In this document: positions 51,527 through 60,904 of the stretch, piece after piece
Layout of the letters: every line of letters begins with the position of its first letter
Position numbering within the stretch: the stretch's first letter is position 1
Source: Deferribacterales bacterium
GTDB lineage: Bacteria > Chrysiogenota > Deferribacteres > Deferribacterales > Geovibrionaceae
NCBI GenBank assembly: GCA_050251875.1
Contig: JBFWMA010000001.1
Span: 273,577 to 337,576, forward strand
Length of the DNA: 64,000 bases
Direction: 5' to 3'
Notes under the pieces: model-generated
Database searches by the model: none
The model's input: only the letters and a program-made list of their open reading frames with translations
Told to the model about the DNA's origin: nothing
Position numbers and translations under genes: made by a program

Positions 51527-52546
51527 ATGTCTGAACTCAGATTTGACCCGTTAAAGAAAATTTGGTGCGTTATCGCCTCGGAGAGGAGCAGACGCCCGGA
51601 AGACTTTCTGGTTAAAAGGATTCCGGAGAGTCACGAGAATCTTTCCGTGTGTCCTTTCTGTAAGGGAAACGAGAGCAAAGCCGGGCAGGAGATTTTTTCT
51701 CTGAAAGACCCGGACGGATCGTGGCTCACCCGTGTGGTGCCTAACAGATATCCGGCTTTCCGCATCGAGGGCGATCTGAAGAGAACCGCTCACGGCATGT
51801 ACGACTGCGTTACCGCCATCGGGGCGCACGAGGTGGTCATCGAGACGCCTAAACACCATGTCAACCCTGGCACCTATACAGATAAGATACTTAAGAATGT
51901 CTTCATAACATTCAGGGAGCGTGTGAACGACCTGAAGAAAGACACCAGGTTCAGATATATTATGCCGTTCAAAAATTACGGCATGCTTGCGGGGGCGAAT
52001 ATAGAGCATCCACATTCTCAGATTATCGCTCTGCCTGTCACTCCCGATATAGTGAAAACAAAGCTGAGATCCGCTCTGGAGCACTTCCAGCAGAAGGAAC
52101 GGTGCATTTTCTGCGATATGCTGACGCAGGAAAAAGAGGAGAACAGCAGAATAGTCTACGAAAATCAGGATTTCGTGGCGTTCTGTCCTTTTGCCTCTTC
52201 TCTGCCGTTTGAGACGCTGATATTTCCAAAACGGCACAGTCATTGCTTTTCAAAAACCGATGACTCTCAGATGAGCTCTCTGGCGGACATGGTCAGGGAG
52301 GTTTTCAGCAGACTTTACAAATGTCTGGAGAATCCGCCGCTCAATATGGTGGTGCATACCGCGCCTCCGGTGGTTAAAAGACCGTCACAGCCGGGTTACT
52401 GGCTGAGCATTGAGCAGGATTTTCACTGGCATATAGAGATAACCCCGAGACTGTCGGGGATAGCCGGGTTCGAGTCTGGCACGGGGTTTCACATCAACCC
52501 TGTTTCGCCGGAGGACGCGGCGCAGTTTTTAAAAGGAGCGGTGTAG
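51527..52546 (+). CDS. galT: GalT-family hexose-1-phosphate nucleotidyltransferase
   Basis: ERSRRP, CPFC.GNE, RVVPNRYPA, GAHEVVIE and HPHSQ motifs. Confidence 0.85.
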   Translation: MSELRFDPLKKIWCVIASERSRRPEDFLVKRIPESHENLSVCPFCKGNESKAGQEIFSLKDPDGSWLTRVVPNRYPAFRIEGDLKRTAHGMYDCVTAIGAHEVVIETPKHHVNPGTYTDKILKNVFITFRERVNDLKKDTRFRYIMPFKNYGMLAGANIEHPHSQIIALPVTPDIVKTKLRSALEHFQQKERCIFCDMLTQEKEENSRIVYENQDFVAFCPFASSLPFETLIFPKRHSHCFSKTDDSQMSSLADMVREVFSRLYKCLENPPLNMVVHTAPPVVKRPSQPGYWLSIEQDFHWHIEITPRLSGIAGFESGTGFHINPVSPEDAAQFLKGAV

Positions 52547-52550
52547 CGAG

Positions 52551-53972
52551 ATGATTGCTGTTCATGTGTGCAGCGAGGTTTACCCCTATTCCAGAACGGG
52601 GATTCTTGGTGATTCTGTTTTCGGGCTGGCTAAATCCCTGTCCGCTCTTAACGTGCAGACTTATGTGATATCCCCTATGTATATTTCATCCGGATGTTAC
52701 GACACCAGCGCCGTTTCAAAAGAGATGACCGTTACGGTCACCGCCGGCGGAGCTGTTTACAGCTTCGACATCTATGAGGCGCAGACGGACGGAATCACGT
52801 TCATATTTCTGCGCAATGACGAGTTTTACTGCCGCAGATTTATTTACGGCACATCCAGCTATGATTATTCGGACAATGACGTCCGTTTCGGCATGTTTTC
52901 CCTGGCAAGTCTGGAATATATCCGCAGAGCGGGCATAGAGGCGGACGTGATCCACTGTCACGAGTGGCAGACAGGGCTGGTGCCGATATATAAACATCTT
53001 TTTTATAACGATATGAAGGCGAAAACGATCTTCACAGTGCACGACATCACATATCAGGGGCTTTTCAGCAAGTTTTCCATACAGACGCTGGGGCTTCCCT
53101 GGGAGATGTATAATGTGGAGGAGCTGGAGTTCTATGAGAACATCAGCATGCTGAAAGGCGGGGCGAGCCACGCCGACTACATCACCTTTCCCAGTCCCAC
53201 CTATGCCGAAGAGGTGAAGTCCGGTGATTTTTCATTTGGTCTCGGTTCTTTCATGGGCAAGTTCGAGGACAGGTCGGAAGGTATTCTGTGCGGGGTGGAC
53301 TATGACAGGTTTGACCCGGAGAACGACAGTCTGATAGCCAAGTCCTACGGAGCTGACACCGTAAGGGATAAACAGATAAATAAAGACGATTTTATGACAG
53401 AAACAGGACTGAAAGGGGCTGACAGACCTCTCTTTCTGCTGGAGACCAAGTTCAGTGAGAGAAAGGGGCTGGAGCTGCTGACTGACAGCGCCGAAAAACT
53501 GTCTGAGATCGAAGCTGATTTTGCGTTTTTAGGATATGGTGACGCTAAATATTGCTCAAAGTTTAAAGATATTGCAAATAACTATGACAATATTTTCACT
53601 TCAATAGGTATAAGTGAGACTATGCTTCACAAAGCGTACGCCGCGGCGGATTTTGTCCTGCGTCCCTCGCTCACCGAACCATGCGGGAAAAGCCAGCTTC
53701 TGGGCATGCGCTACGGCGCTCTGCCCGTGGTCAGACGCACCGGAGGGCTGATAGACACGGTGAAGGACATAGACGAAGGCGGATACGGATTCTTTATAGA
53801 CGGGTACAGCCGTCACGATCTGCTGAAACAGATAAACAGAGCAGTGGAATTTTTCGCTGACAGGGATATATTTTATAAGTGTGCCGCCAATGTCATGGGG
53901 GTTGACTTCTCATGGAGGAGAACAGCGGAACAATACCTTATTTTGTATCGGAGGCTAGTTGGAGGCAACTGA
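52551..53972 (+). CDS. glgA: GT5 glycogen/starch synthase (divergent motifs)
   Basis: SEVYPYSRTGILGD, IHCHEWQTG, FTVHD..YQG, EPCG.SQL.GMRYG and TGGL.DTV motifs. Confidence 0.85.
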   Translation: MIAVHVCSEVYPYSRTGILGDSVFGLAKSLSALNVQTYVISPMYISSGCYDTSAVSKEMTVTVTAGGAVYSFDIYEAQTDGITFIFLRNDEFYCRRFIYGTSSYDYSDNDVRFGMFSLASLEYIRRAGIEADVIHCHEWQTGLVPIYKHLFYNDMKAKTIFTVHDITYQGLFSKFSIQTLGLPWEMYNVEELEFYENISMLKGGASHADYITFPSPTYAEEVKSGDFSFGLGSFMGKFEDRSEGILCGVDYDRFDPENDSLIAKSYGADTVRDKQINKDDFMTETGLKGADRPLFLLETKFSERKGLELLTDSAEKLSEIEADFAFLGYGDAKYCSKFKDIANNYDNIFTSIGISETMLHKAYAAADFVLRPSLTEPCGKSQLLGMRYGALPVVRRTGGLIDTVKDIDEGGYGFFIDGYSRHDLLKQINRAVEFFADRDIFYKCAANVMGVDFSWRRTAEQYLILYRRLVGGN

Positions 53973-54727
53973 TGAATTACGGGAAAATGACTAAAACAGA
54001 GCTGTATGCCATTGCGCAAAAGCTCAACATCAAAAACAGGAGCGCGATGTCAAAGGATGAACTCGCGCTGGCTCTGAAAAAATACGACAAAACTGTATCC
54101 GGAAAGAAAGCGGAACCGGTGGAGACTGTGACCAGCCACATGCCGGAGCAGGCACCCGTTCAGGAATTCAGACCGTCCAAGCCGGAATATCCTCTGCCCG
54201 ACAGATATAACGTGGACACTGTGGTTCTTCTGCCTGTGAACCCTAAGAAAGAATACGTCTATTGGGAAGTGTCAGACAGAACAGTCTACAGCTTTTGCCA
54301 GACACACAACATGGGCGAACCTTCTTTCATTCTGAAGGTTTTCACAGGGGAAGAGGACAATGTGTCTGAGCTCGCCAGTGTTAAGGTGGGCAAATACGGC
54401 AACTGGTATTTCGACCTGTACTGTCCCGATGCCCGTCTGTGGGCAGAGATAGGTATGCTCGATTCTAAAGGGAACTATTATGCGGTGGCTGTGTCCAAGC
54501 GCATTAAGATGCCAGCTGACAGAATAAGCGACCTGATAGATAAAGAGACATGGATGACTGTCGGAGAGAATATCGAAAAAATATACACTCTCTCCGGTAT
54601 AACCGACATGCAGAAAGAAGAGCTGCTCTCCAGCGCCAGAATGCACTCTGAGCTGTTTAAAAAACTGCATAATATCGAAGCGTCATCCGTCAGCTCGAAC
54701 ATTCTCTCAAAAAAAGGCGGTGAATAA
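53972..54727 (+). CDS. DUF4912 protein with N-terminal Rho-N-like helix pair
   Basis: MTKTELYAIAQKLNIKNRSAMSKDEL; LPDRYNVDTVVLLPVNP...YVYWEV; GNWYF. Confidence 0.8.
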   Translation: MNYGKMTKTELYAIAQKLNIKNRSAMSKDELALALKKYDKTVSGKKAEPVETVTSHMPEQAPVQEFRPSKPEYPLPDRYNVDTVVLLPVNPKKEYVYWEVSDRTVYSFCQTHNMGEPSFILKVFTGEEDNVSELASVKVGKYGNWYFDLYCPDARLWAEIGMLDSKGNYYAVAVSKRIKMPADRISDLIDKETWMTVGENIEKIYTLSGITDMQKEELLSSARMHSELFKKLHNIEASSVSSNILSKKGGE

Positions 54728-56301
54728 TGACAGGTTACTGGATGCTTGTACTCCACTCTCATCTTCCTTTTGTCAAGCACCCTGAGTATCCGTACTTTCT
54801 TGAGGAACACTGGTTCTATGAGGCGGTATCAGAAACATATCTGCCCATGCTGATGTATATGAAACAGATGGAGGATGAGGGCGTCCACTTCCGTTTCGCC
54901 GTGTCCGTCACCCCGCCGCTGGCGGAGATGATGTGCGACCCTATGCTGATGGACAGGTATGAGAAGCACATGGACAAGCTCCTGGAGCTTTCAGATAAAG
55001 AGATAGAGAGGACTAAGGGCACATGTTTCGAGCATCTTGCCCATATGTATAAGGATAAATTCCTGAAGCTGAAGGAATTCTATTACGGATTTCTGAACAG
55101 AAGCCTGATCGGCGGCTACCGCCACTTTCTGGATAAGGGATATATCGATGTAATCACCTGTGGTTTTACCCACGGTTTTCTCCCTCTTCTGAATAACACA
55201 TACAACGCCGTGAGAGCCCAGATAGAGCTGGCAGTGAAGAGCCACACGGAGAAGTTCGGCAGAGCGCCCAAGGGCATCTGGCTTCCTGAGTGCGCCTATT
55301 TCGAAGGGCTGGACAAGATTCTGGCGGAATACGGAATCAGATATTTCTTCGTGGATACCCACGGGGTGCTCTATTCCAAACCGAGACCCAGATTCGGAGT
55401 TTACGCTCCTGTTTACACAGAATCGGGTGTAGCGGCTTTCGGCAGGGATTATTATTCATCCAAGCAGGTATGGAGCTCGAAAGAGGGCTATCCCGGAGAC
55501 GCCTATTACAGAGATTTTTACCGTGACATAGGATACGACCTCGATCACGAATATATAAAACCCTACATCAGCCCAGACGGGGTAAGGGTTTTCACCGGAC
55601 TGAAATATCACAGAATCACCGGGGATTCCGACTATAAGGAATTTTATCAGCCGGAGATCGCCTCGCAGAAGACTGTGGATCACGCCAAACACTTTGTGGC
55701 GGGCAGGGAACAGCAGGTTAAGGACATTGCCGCTCTTATCGACCGCAAACCGATGGTTGTGTCTCCTTATGACGCAGAGCTGTTCGGTCACTGGTGGTAT
55801 GAGGGACCTGAGTTCCTCTATAACGTGTTCAAAGAGATGGACAAGTCGGACGTTGTGAAGTCTGTGACGCCTCTGGAATATCTGAACGAATATCCCACCA
55901 ATCAGGTGGTGAAGGTCAACCCGTCATCATGGGGAGACAAGGGATATTATGACGTATGGCTGAATCAGGGCAATGACTGGATATACCGTCACCTGCACTT
56001 CATGTCGGAGAGCATGGTGAATATGGCTAAATATCATCAGAACACCAAAGATGATTCTATAAAAAGATGCCTGAACCAGATGACGAGAGAGCTCTTTCTG
56101 GCGCAGAGCAGCGACTGGGCGTTTCTGGTTACCACCGGAACAGCCATAGAATACGCCATGCAGAGAACCAAGGAGCATATCTATAATTTCCTTCGTCTGA
56201 AAGACATGGTGGAATACTGCTCCTATGATTACGAACTTTTGGGAAGACTGGAGTACAAGAACAGTATCTTCCATGATATGGACTTCAGAGTCTATTGTTA
56301 A
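54727..56301 (+). CDS. GH57 1,4-alpha-glucan branching enzyme (DUF1957)
   Basis: VLHSHLPFV, GIWLPECAY, PYDAELFGHWWYEG and LAQSSDWAF motifs. Confidence 0.93.
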   Translation: MTGYWMLVLHSHLPFVKHPEYPYFLEEHWFYEAVSETYLPMLMYMKQMEDEGVHFRFAVSVTPPLAEMMCDPMLMDRYEKHMDKLLELSDKEIERTKGTCFEHLAHMYKDKFLKLKEFYYGFLNRSLIGGYRHFLDKGYIDVITCGFTHGFLPLLNNTYNAVRAQIELAVKSHTEKFGRAPKGIWLPECAYFEGLDKILAEYGIRYFFVDTHGVLYSKPRPRFGVYAPVYTESGVAAFGRDYYSSKQVWSSKEGYPGDAYYRDFYRDIGYDLDHEYIKPYISPDGVRVFTGLKYHRITGDSDYKEFYQPEIASQKTVDHAKHFVAGREQQVKDIAALIDRKPMVVSPYDAELFGHWWYEGPEFLYNVFKEMDKSDVVKSVTPLEYLNEYPTNQVVKVNPSSWGDKGYYDVWLNQGNDWIYRHLHFMSESMVNMAKYHQNTKDDSIKRCLNQMTRELFLAQSSDWAFLVTTGTAIEYAMQRTKEHIYNFLRLKDMVEYCSYDYELLGRLEYKNSIFHDMDFRVYC

Positions 56302-56316
56302 CAAGGAGATAGAGAG

Positions 56317-56838
56317 ATGATAAGCAAGAAGATGAACGAAGCGCTCAACAAACAGCTTAATTTTGAGCTTTATTCCGCGTATGTGTATCTGGCTATGGCG
56401 GCTAACGCCGACAGCCTGGGACTGAAAGGATTCGCCAACTGGTTTCATGTTCAGTATCAGGAAGAGCTGTTCCACGCCGACAGATTCTATGCATATATTC
56501 TGGAAAAAGAGGGCGAAATCGAGCTGGAAAAGATAGATAAACCTAAAAAAGAATATAAAGACGCATATGACCTCTTCGAAACAACACAGCTCCACGAGAG
56601 AGAAGTGACAAGAAGGATTTACGAACTCGCCACGCTCGCTCTGAAAGAGCACGATCACGGCACGCACAGCTGGCTTCAGTGGTTCATCACAGAACAGCAG
56701 GAAGAGGAAGCCAATGTGAAGGATATCAAGGACAAACTGAAACTGGCCGGAAGCACAGGTCAGGGTCTGTTCATGATAAACACGGAGCTGGCCGCAAGGG
56801 TTTATGTTCAGCCCACAGTCGGCACAACCCCTGCCTAA
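56317..56838 (+). CDS. ftnA: Non-heme ferritin
   Basis: LNKQLNFELYSAYVYLAM, EE..HA, HEREVT and LQWFITEQQEEE ferroxidase motifs. Confidence 0.95.
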   Translation: MISKKMNEALNKQLNFELYSAYVYLAMAANADSLGLKGFANWFHVQYQEELFHADRFYAYILEKEGEIELEKIDKPKKEYKDAYDLFETTQLHEREVTRRIYELATLALKEHDHGTHSWLQWFITEQQEEEANVKDIKDKLKLAGSTGQGLFMINTELAARVYVQPTVGTTPA

Positions 56839-56858
56839 GATTTACACTAAACTATATA

Positions 56859-56890
56859 GAGAACCCCGTCATATGGCGGGGTTTCTTTTT
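56859..56890 (+). terminator. Intrinsic terminator
   Basis: AACCCCGTCA-TA-TGGCGGGGTT followed by TCTTTTT. Confidence 0.75.
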
Positions 56891-57771
56891 GCGCTATTTT
56901 TTATTCTGATGATGTCTGAAGCAGGCGGAGCGCCAAAATGTTTAGAATATTCCCTGCTGAACTGTGACGGGCTCTCATATCCAACACGATAAGCCGTGGC
57001 TGAGGCGTCTATTTTTTCAGTCAGCATAATTCGTCTGGCCTCAGTAAGTCTGACTTTTTTCAGAAACTGATGAGGTGTCATAGATGTCACATTCTTGAAG
57101 TGACTGTGGAACGAAGAAATACCCATATTCGCTATTTGAGCCAGCTGTTCTATTTGTATCGATTTGTCATAATTTCTTCTGATAATGCTGATTACCTCAG
57201 CTATTTTATACATGTTGCTGCCGTCTGCTGCGAATCCTGCTAAATATCTTCCGGCATTAGTTTTTAAGAGACGGTAATGAAGCTCTTTCATTATCAGTCC
57301 TGAGAGATAAGAGTTGTCAGAACCATCGCTTAATCGCCCAAGAAGTCTAAACAAACAGCTATTAATGTCGGAATCCATGTCGCCTATAGTAATACTCTTA
57401 TGTCCTGCGGAGGAGTCAACAGATATCTCTCCTGACATAATTATCTCACGAATTATGTCGGTATTAACGTCTATTTGGGCGCAGATATATGGTTTGTCTT
57501 CAGACGCTTCTATGACGCATCCTGTCGCAGGCATATCAACTGATACGGACAGAAACTGTCCTTTGGAGAATTTGTAAATAGTCTCCTCCACCATCAGATG
57601 CTTTGTGCCGTCCAAGATAAAGCACACAGAGGGGGAATATATTGTGGGGAGAGATGTGCCGTAGTTATGGGAAATAAATAGGGAAAGCCCTTTAATACAG
57701 GTTTTAATAAGCCCTTCGCTATGTAATAAAGGCTGTAAAAGCATGGTGCTCGCTGAGTAAAAGTCTGTCAT
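56869..57771 (-). CDS. AraC-family regulator (YqhC-like N-terminal domain)
   Basis: IYSPSVCFILDGTK; FKNVTSMTPHQF.K..RL.EARR; VGYESPSQFSREY. Confidence 0.92.
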   Translation of the reverse strand: MTDFYSASTMLLQPLLHSEGLIKTCIKGLSLFISHNYGTSLPTIYSPSVCFILDGTKHLMVEETIYKFSKGQFLSVSVDMPATGCVIEASEDKPYICAQIDVNTDIIREIIMSGEISVDSSAGHKSITIGDMDSDINSCLFRLLGRLSDGSDNSYLSGLIMKELHYRLLKTNAGRYLAGFAADGSNMYKIAEVISIIRRNYDKSIQIEQLAQIANMGISSFHSHFKNVTSMTPHQFLKKVRLTEARRIMLTEKIDASATAYRVGYESPSQFSREYSKHFGAPPASDIIRIKNSAKRNPAI

Positions 57772-57929
57772 ACGTTTATCTCCTCATTTATCACAATATA
57801 TCCGCAGTGAAATTATTAAAATAGCAAATTATCTATTTTGCAGTTTTAGGCAAACACTTTGCATTGATGTGTATTTAAAATAATAAGGCTAGGGGTATAT
57901 TTAGTCATAGTAAAAATACGAGGTGAAAT

Positions 57930-58682
57930 ATGGGACTTGCGATAATAACAGGAGCGAGCAGAGGGCTCGGCAGGAGCATGGCTCTGACACTGGCTTCAAA
58001 AGGTCACGACATCATCATAACCTACAACAGCAATAAGGATGAGGCCGATAAGGTCGTGAACAGTATAAAAGCGGAAGGAAGAAAAGCGGCGGCCATACAG
58101 CTCCACGCTGAGAGAGCCGATACTTTCGCAAAGTTTGCAGGAGAGGTGAAAGCATCTCTGAAAAGCGTTTTCGGCAGAGATGACTTTGACTATCTGGTGA
58201 ACAATGCCGGCATCGGAATCAACGCTCCTTTTATGGAGACCACTGAGGAGCAGTTCGACTCACTGATGAATCTGCATGTGAAGGGTGTATTTTTTCTTTC
58301 GCAAAAACTGATACCGATGATGAAAGACGGCGGACGTATTGTAAATATTTCATCAGGTCTCGCCAGATTCTGCATGCCAGGCTACAGCGCTTACGGAGCT
58401 ATGAAAGGAGCGGTGGAGACTCTGACACGATATATGGCGAAAGAATTGGGTTACAGAGGCATCAGGGTAAATGTAATAGCTCCGGGAGCAATAGAGACAG
58501 ATTTCGGCGGAGGTATTGTCAGAGACAATGAACAGGTGAACGCTCATATTGCATCATTAACCGCTCTGGGCAGGGTGGGGCTGCCTGATGACATAGGCGG
58601 TGCAGTTGCGGCTCTTCTGAGCGATGACAGCGGCTGGATAAACGCCCAGAGAATAGAAGTATCCGGCGGTATGATGCTTTAA
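57930..58682 (+). CDS. Short-chain dehydrogenase/reductase
   Basis: TGASRGLG, LVNNAG, YGAMK and APGAIETD motifs. Confidence 0.95.
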   Translation: MGLAIITGASRGLGRSMALTLASKGHDIIITYNSNKDEADKVVNSIKAEGRKAAAIQLHAERADTFAKFAGEVKASLKSVFGRDDFDYLVNNAGIGINAPFMETTEEQFDSLMNLHVKGVFFLSQKLIPMMKDGGRIVNISSGLARFCMPGYSAYGAMKGAVETLTRYMAKELGYRGIRVNVIAPGAIETDFGGGIVRDNEQVNAHIASLTALGRVGLPDDIGGAVAALLSDDSGWINAQRIEVSGGMML

Positions 58683-58688
58683 AAAAAT

Positions 58689-58714
58689 AAGGCGGTCAGT
58701 TGACCGCCTTTTTT
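58689..58714. terminator. Bidirectional intrinsic terminator
   Basis: AAGGCGGTCA-GT-TGACCGCCTT with A/T tails. Confidence 0.85.
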
Positions 58715-58734
58715 ATTATGGTGTGCTGGATGAA

Positions 58735-60894
58735 TCAATTCAGTCCAAATTCCGCAAGCAGTTTGTCGATGTCGTCCTGAGAAGCATCGTCCACCAGAGT
58801 GGGATCCTCTTCCTGTTTCAGCCTGATGAAGCCTAAGATAGCGCCCAGTCTGGCTCCTATCTCCTGAACAGCTCCGATGACCTTGTTGATCTTCTGTTCT
58901 GTGATATCCTGAAACTCCAGAGCGTGCAGTATGCCCATTCCGGTCATGTCCGCCTGAGCGGCGCTGTTTTCCAGAGACTCTATTTTTTTCAGGATAGCCG
59001 CCTGATCTTTTTTATAGAGCAGGTCTTCCAGATCGTCCATTTCAGCCAGAAACTCCTGATAGTGTCCGGTCAGACCGTCTGCCGCCTCCATCAGGTTCAT
59101 TGTCGCCTCTTCTGTGGATTCTGTCACTGTTTCCAGCGATTTTACCACGTTAGGAAGCTGTTCTTTGGATGTGATGAGGGTAGGTTCTATCTCGTCCACT
59201 CTGTCTTTTGTCTCAGATATGAGTTTGAGGAGCTCCGCCACCTCTTTCTTTATAGATATGCCGAAATCAACGGATTCGCCGTCTATTATCTTTTTAGAGA
59301 GCACTTTCAGCTTTTCAAAAGACTCCTGTTCAGTGGCGGGAGAGAGGTCGGATTCTGCCTTCAGCTCGTTGATAGCCTTGTCCACGTCTATGTCGTCATC
59401 ATTTTCAGATGCCAGCATGGGCTCGTTGATCTGGTCTATCAGAGCGGCGGGAGCTTCTTCCTCTTCCTCCGTGTCCTGCTGAATCAGGGCGTCAGTGTCG
59501 AAATCGTCCGGCAGACCTTTGCCTATGATTTCGTCACCGATCTCGTTTTCTATGGGTTCGGGGAGTTCATATTCAGGTTCTTCTTCCACGGCGGTCTCCG
59601 CCACGGGCTCGGGTTCCGGCAGTTCTTCTTCTTCGGGTGCCGGTTCAGAGGTGTCTGTGAGATCGAACTCAGCCGCCAGATCAGCGGGAATGTCAAACTC
59701 AGGCTCTTCTGACGCCTGAACGGGCGCTTCTTCAGCGGGTTCTTCTGTTATGAGTTCGTTAAGAATGGGTTCTTCTTCGCTGACGGGTTCTGAGATTTCA
59801 TCCTGGGAAGGCTCTGAGGCGGCTGCGAACTGAGCGTCCAGCTCTGCCGCCATCATAGCTTCTATATCGTCTTCAGATGTTAATTCAGGTTCGGGTTCAG
59901 CTTTTGCCTTGACCGGCTCAGCTATTTTTTTTTTTTTATTGAGCTCTTCTGTCTCGTGCTCACGTTTTGTCAGTTCTTTCTGGATAAGCATATCCAGCTC
60001 GTCCTGCTCAACGTGACCTGAGTCATCCGACATATTGCTGGAGCTCTGGTTCAGAGCGTCATTCAGTATGTCGTCAAGAGCCTCGGGTTCTACATCAGGT
60101 TTTTTTTTTGAGCCGTCCTCTTTTTTCTTCGAGTTCAGCTCGTCAGTTTCCTGTTCTCTTTTTGCCAGTTCCATGGCTATGAGATCGTCCAGAGACGCTC
60201 CGACAGCATCGTCTGCGGAACCTTCCTCAAAGGCGGATTCCTCTTCTTCTTCCTCTTCTGTGGAAGTTTCCAGAGCGGCGGCGGGAGCTGCTGTTTCTTT
60301 GTTCTGGAATTCCTGCTCAACAGCGCTGGCAACTTTGTTATAGTTTGCCTCGGCAGAGGGCAGAGCCGGCTGACCGAGAAGAGTTTTCTTCAGGTTGCTG
60401 TCGACAGTTTTGCCGTCTGTCACAACGCTGTCGATATCCAGCAGAATGATGAGTCTGTCGGCGTATTTGCATATGCCGAGAATATATTCCTGACCGATGG
60501 AGCCTACCAGAGGAGGTGTGGGCTCGACCATTTTTTTGTTTATTCTGATAACTTCGGTAACTTCGTCCACAACAAAGCCTATGTTCTCTGTTTCGAACTT
60601 AACAACTATGATTCTTGTTTCTTTGTCGAAGTCCATTTTGTCCAGAGAGAAGCGAACTCTAAGGTCGATAACGGGAATTACCTTACCTCTGAGGTTCATG
60701 ACGCCTAAAACGAAGGACTCTGTTCTGGGAACAGAAGTGATCTCAACTGTCCTGATGATTTCCTGTATTTTTAAAACATCAATCGCGTATTCCTCATCGC
60801 CGAGTTTCAGCCCGACAAGCTGGATAACCTCAAGATCGTCAGAGCGGTCGAGGTCGCCGTAATCAAGATCGTGGACCGGTTGAAGATTGCTCAT
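58735..60894 (-). CDS. CheW - acidic linker - CheZ-like phosphatase fusion
   Basis: N-terminal CheW (YAIDV..IQEII, VLGVMNLRGKVIPVIDLR, GFVVDEV); C-terminal TEEAT..LM, LEFQDITEQKI (DxxxQ) and ASQDDIDKLLAEFGL tail. Confidence 0.85.
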   Translation of the reverse strand: MSNLQPVHDLDYGDLDRSDDLEVIQLVGLKLGDEEYAIDVLKIQEIIRTVEITSVPRTESFVLGVMNLRGKVIPVIDLRVRFSLDKMDFDKETRIIVVKFETENIGFVVDEVTEVIRINKKMVEPTPPLVGSIGQEYILGICKYADRLIILLDIDSVVTDGKTVDSNLKKTLLGQPALPSAEANYNKVASAVEQEFQNKETAAPAAALETSTEEEEEEESAFEEGSADDAVGASLDDLIAMELAKREQETDELNSKKKEDGSKKKPDVEPEALDDILNDALNQSSSNMSDDSGHVEQDELDMLIQKELTKREHETEELNKKKKIAEPVKAKAEPEPELTSEDDIEAMMAAELDAQFAAASEPSQDEISEPVSEEEPILNELITEEPAEEAPVQASEEPEFDIPADLAAEFDLTDTSEPAPEEEELPEPEPVAETAVEEEPEYELPEPIENEIGDEIIGKGLPDDFDTDALIQQDTEEEEEAPAALIDQINEPMLASENDDDIDVDKAINELKAESDLSPATEQESFEKLKVLSKKIIDGESVDFGISIKKEVAELLKLISETKDRVDEIEPTLITSKEQLPNVVKSLETVTESTEEATMNLMEAADGLTGHYQEFLAEMDDLEDLLYKKDQAAILKKIESLENSAAQADMTGMGILHALEFQDITEQKINKVIGAVQEIGARLGAILGFIRLKQEEDPTLVDDASQDDIDKLLAEFGLN

Positions 60895-60904
60895 TGAGCA
60901 CCCC

